A stretch of 64,000 bases of DNA from Opitutus sp. (lineage in GTDB: Bacteria; Verrucomicrobiota; Verrucomicrobiia; Opitutales; Opitutaceae). A program made the position numbers and the translations under genes. The stretch lies in the NCBI GenBank assembly GCA_009695305.1, contig SIBG01000010.1, positions 1,646-65,645 on the forward strand, given 5' to 3'. Positions 63,399 to 64,000 of this stretch are shown one piece after another (position 1 is the stretch's first letter; every line of letters begins with the position of its first letter). Below the pieces are notes generated by a model. That model saw only the letters and a program-made list of their open reading frames with translations, searched no databases and was not told the origin of the DNA.

Positions 63399-64000
63399 AT
63401 GTCCTGGCACCGCCGACACCTGCTCACCCTGGAGGAACTCTCCCTCGTCGAGATCGATCAGATCCACGCGACCGCCGCCGCGTTCAAGCGCACGCTCTCC
63501 CGCAGCGTGAAAAAAGTCCCCGCCCTGCGCGGCAAGACCATCGTCAACCTCTTCCTGGAGCCCAGCACGCGCACCCGCATGGCCTTCGACATGGCCGCGA
63601 AGCGCCTGAGCGCCGATGTGATTTCCCTCGACGCCGCGAGCAGCAGCACGAGCAAGGGCGAGACCCTCCGCGACACCGCCGAAAACATCCAGGCGCTCCA
63701 GGCCGACATGATCGTCATCCGGCACGCGGCGGCCGGTTCACCGCTCTACCTCTCGCGCATCCTCGACATCCCGGTCATCAACGCCGGCGACGGCGCGCAC
63801 GAGCATCCGACGCAGGGCCTGCTCGACACGTTCACGATGAAAGAGCACCTCGGGTCGCTCCGCGGCCGCAAGGTCGTCATCCTCGGTGACATTCTCTTCA
63901 GCCGGGTCGCGCGCTCCAACATCCACGCGCTCGTGAAAATGGGCGCCGCCGTCACGCTCGTCGGCCCATCCACGCTCGTGCCCCACTGGTTCACCGAACT
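63399..64000 (+). CDS. pyrB: aspartate carbamoyltransferase catalytic subunit (5' partial, runs off the window)
   Basis: Hand translation: MSWHRRHLLTLEEL...NLFLEPSTRTRMAFDMAAKRL...HEHPTQGLLD. Not in the ORF track because there is no stop inside the window. Confidence 0.9.
   Translation, partial: MSWHRRHLLTLEELSLVEIDQIHATAAAFKRTLSRSVKKVPALRGKTIVNLFLEPSTRTRMAFDMAAKRLSADVISLDAASSSTSKGETLRDTAENIQALQADMIVIRHAAAGSPLYLSRILDIPVINAGDGAHEHPTQGLLDTFTMKEHLGSLRGRKVVILGDILFSRVARSNIHALVKMGAAVTLVGPSTLVPHWFTE

Noticed and set aside
1-64000. tRNA, rRNA, tmRNA, integrase/recombinase or prophage genes as island markers.
   Set aside because: None was recognised on either strand by eye. The only transposase-like gene is the RAYT, so island boundaries here rest on repeats and codon usage only.

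Overview
High-GC bacterial chromosomal segment. Backbone genes use CTC/CGC/GAC-biased codons, and there are many long 'shadow' ORFs on the non-coding strand. The gene content includes a DUF1501 + PSCyt1/DUF1549/DUF1553 pair, ThuA-like proteins, DUF1080 and giant secreted hydrolases. Together with the repeat vocabulary, this suggests a PVC-group organism, probably Verrucomicrobiota (Opitutaceae-like); that is inference only. The backbone is housekeeping: esterase + TonB-dependent receptor, pyrH-frr-proB, a UvrD-like helicase, trxB, fur-sufCBD-sufT, TetR-fabF, the HIT-phoH-DUF1801-7TM_HD-ybeY-DUF502-recO cluster, and pyrR-pyrB. No rRNA, tRNA, CRISPR array, integrase or prophage was recognised. 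The main points of interest follow. (1) A block at about 16.9-23.7 kb has CTG/CGG-rich codon usage unlike the backbone. It carries a REP-flanked RAYT transposase, two paralogous TIR / single-TM / TPR 'receptor-like' proteins and a Tat-exported molybdoenzyme. One TIR gene plus the RAYT sit between 152-bp direct repeats that duplicate the 3' end of trxB. The other TIR gene is frameshifted in a G6 run. (2) A second atypical block (38.0-41.8 kb) holds a membrane / double-Rossmann / RyR-domain protein of unknown function and a PLP decarboxylase interrupted by TGA. (3) A DUF1080 gene appears split by a foreign-looking Asp/Glu racemase gene. (4) Two adjacent giant secreted hydrolases share an unassigned tandem C-terminal module, and both end in YEVP. 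(5) There is an unusually rich set of intergenic elements. These include REP doublets with a shared CTTTA loop. There are also hairpins whose arms are themselves 6-9 nt tandem 'word' repeats; the AATCGAA heptamer arrays abut start codons, and some copies lie in-frame inside phoH and pyrR (a REP-like palindrome lies in-frame in ybeY). (6) Three genes carry single in-frame disruptions: TAG, TGA and a homopolymer frameshift. All coordinates were derived by hand from the sequence and anchored on the ORF track, so repeat boundaries may be off by 1-2 nt.
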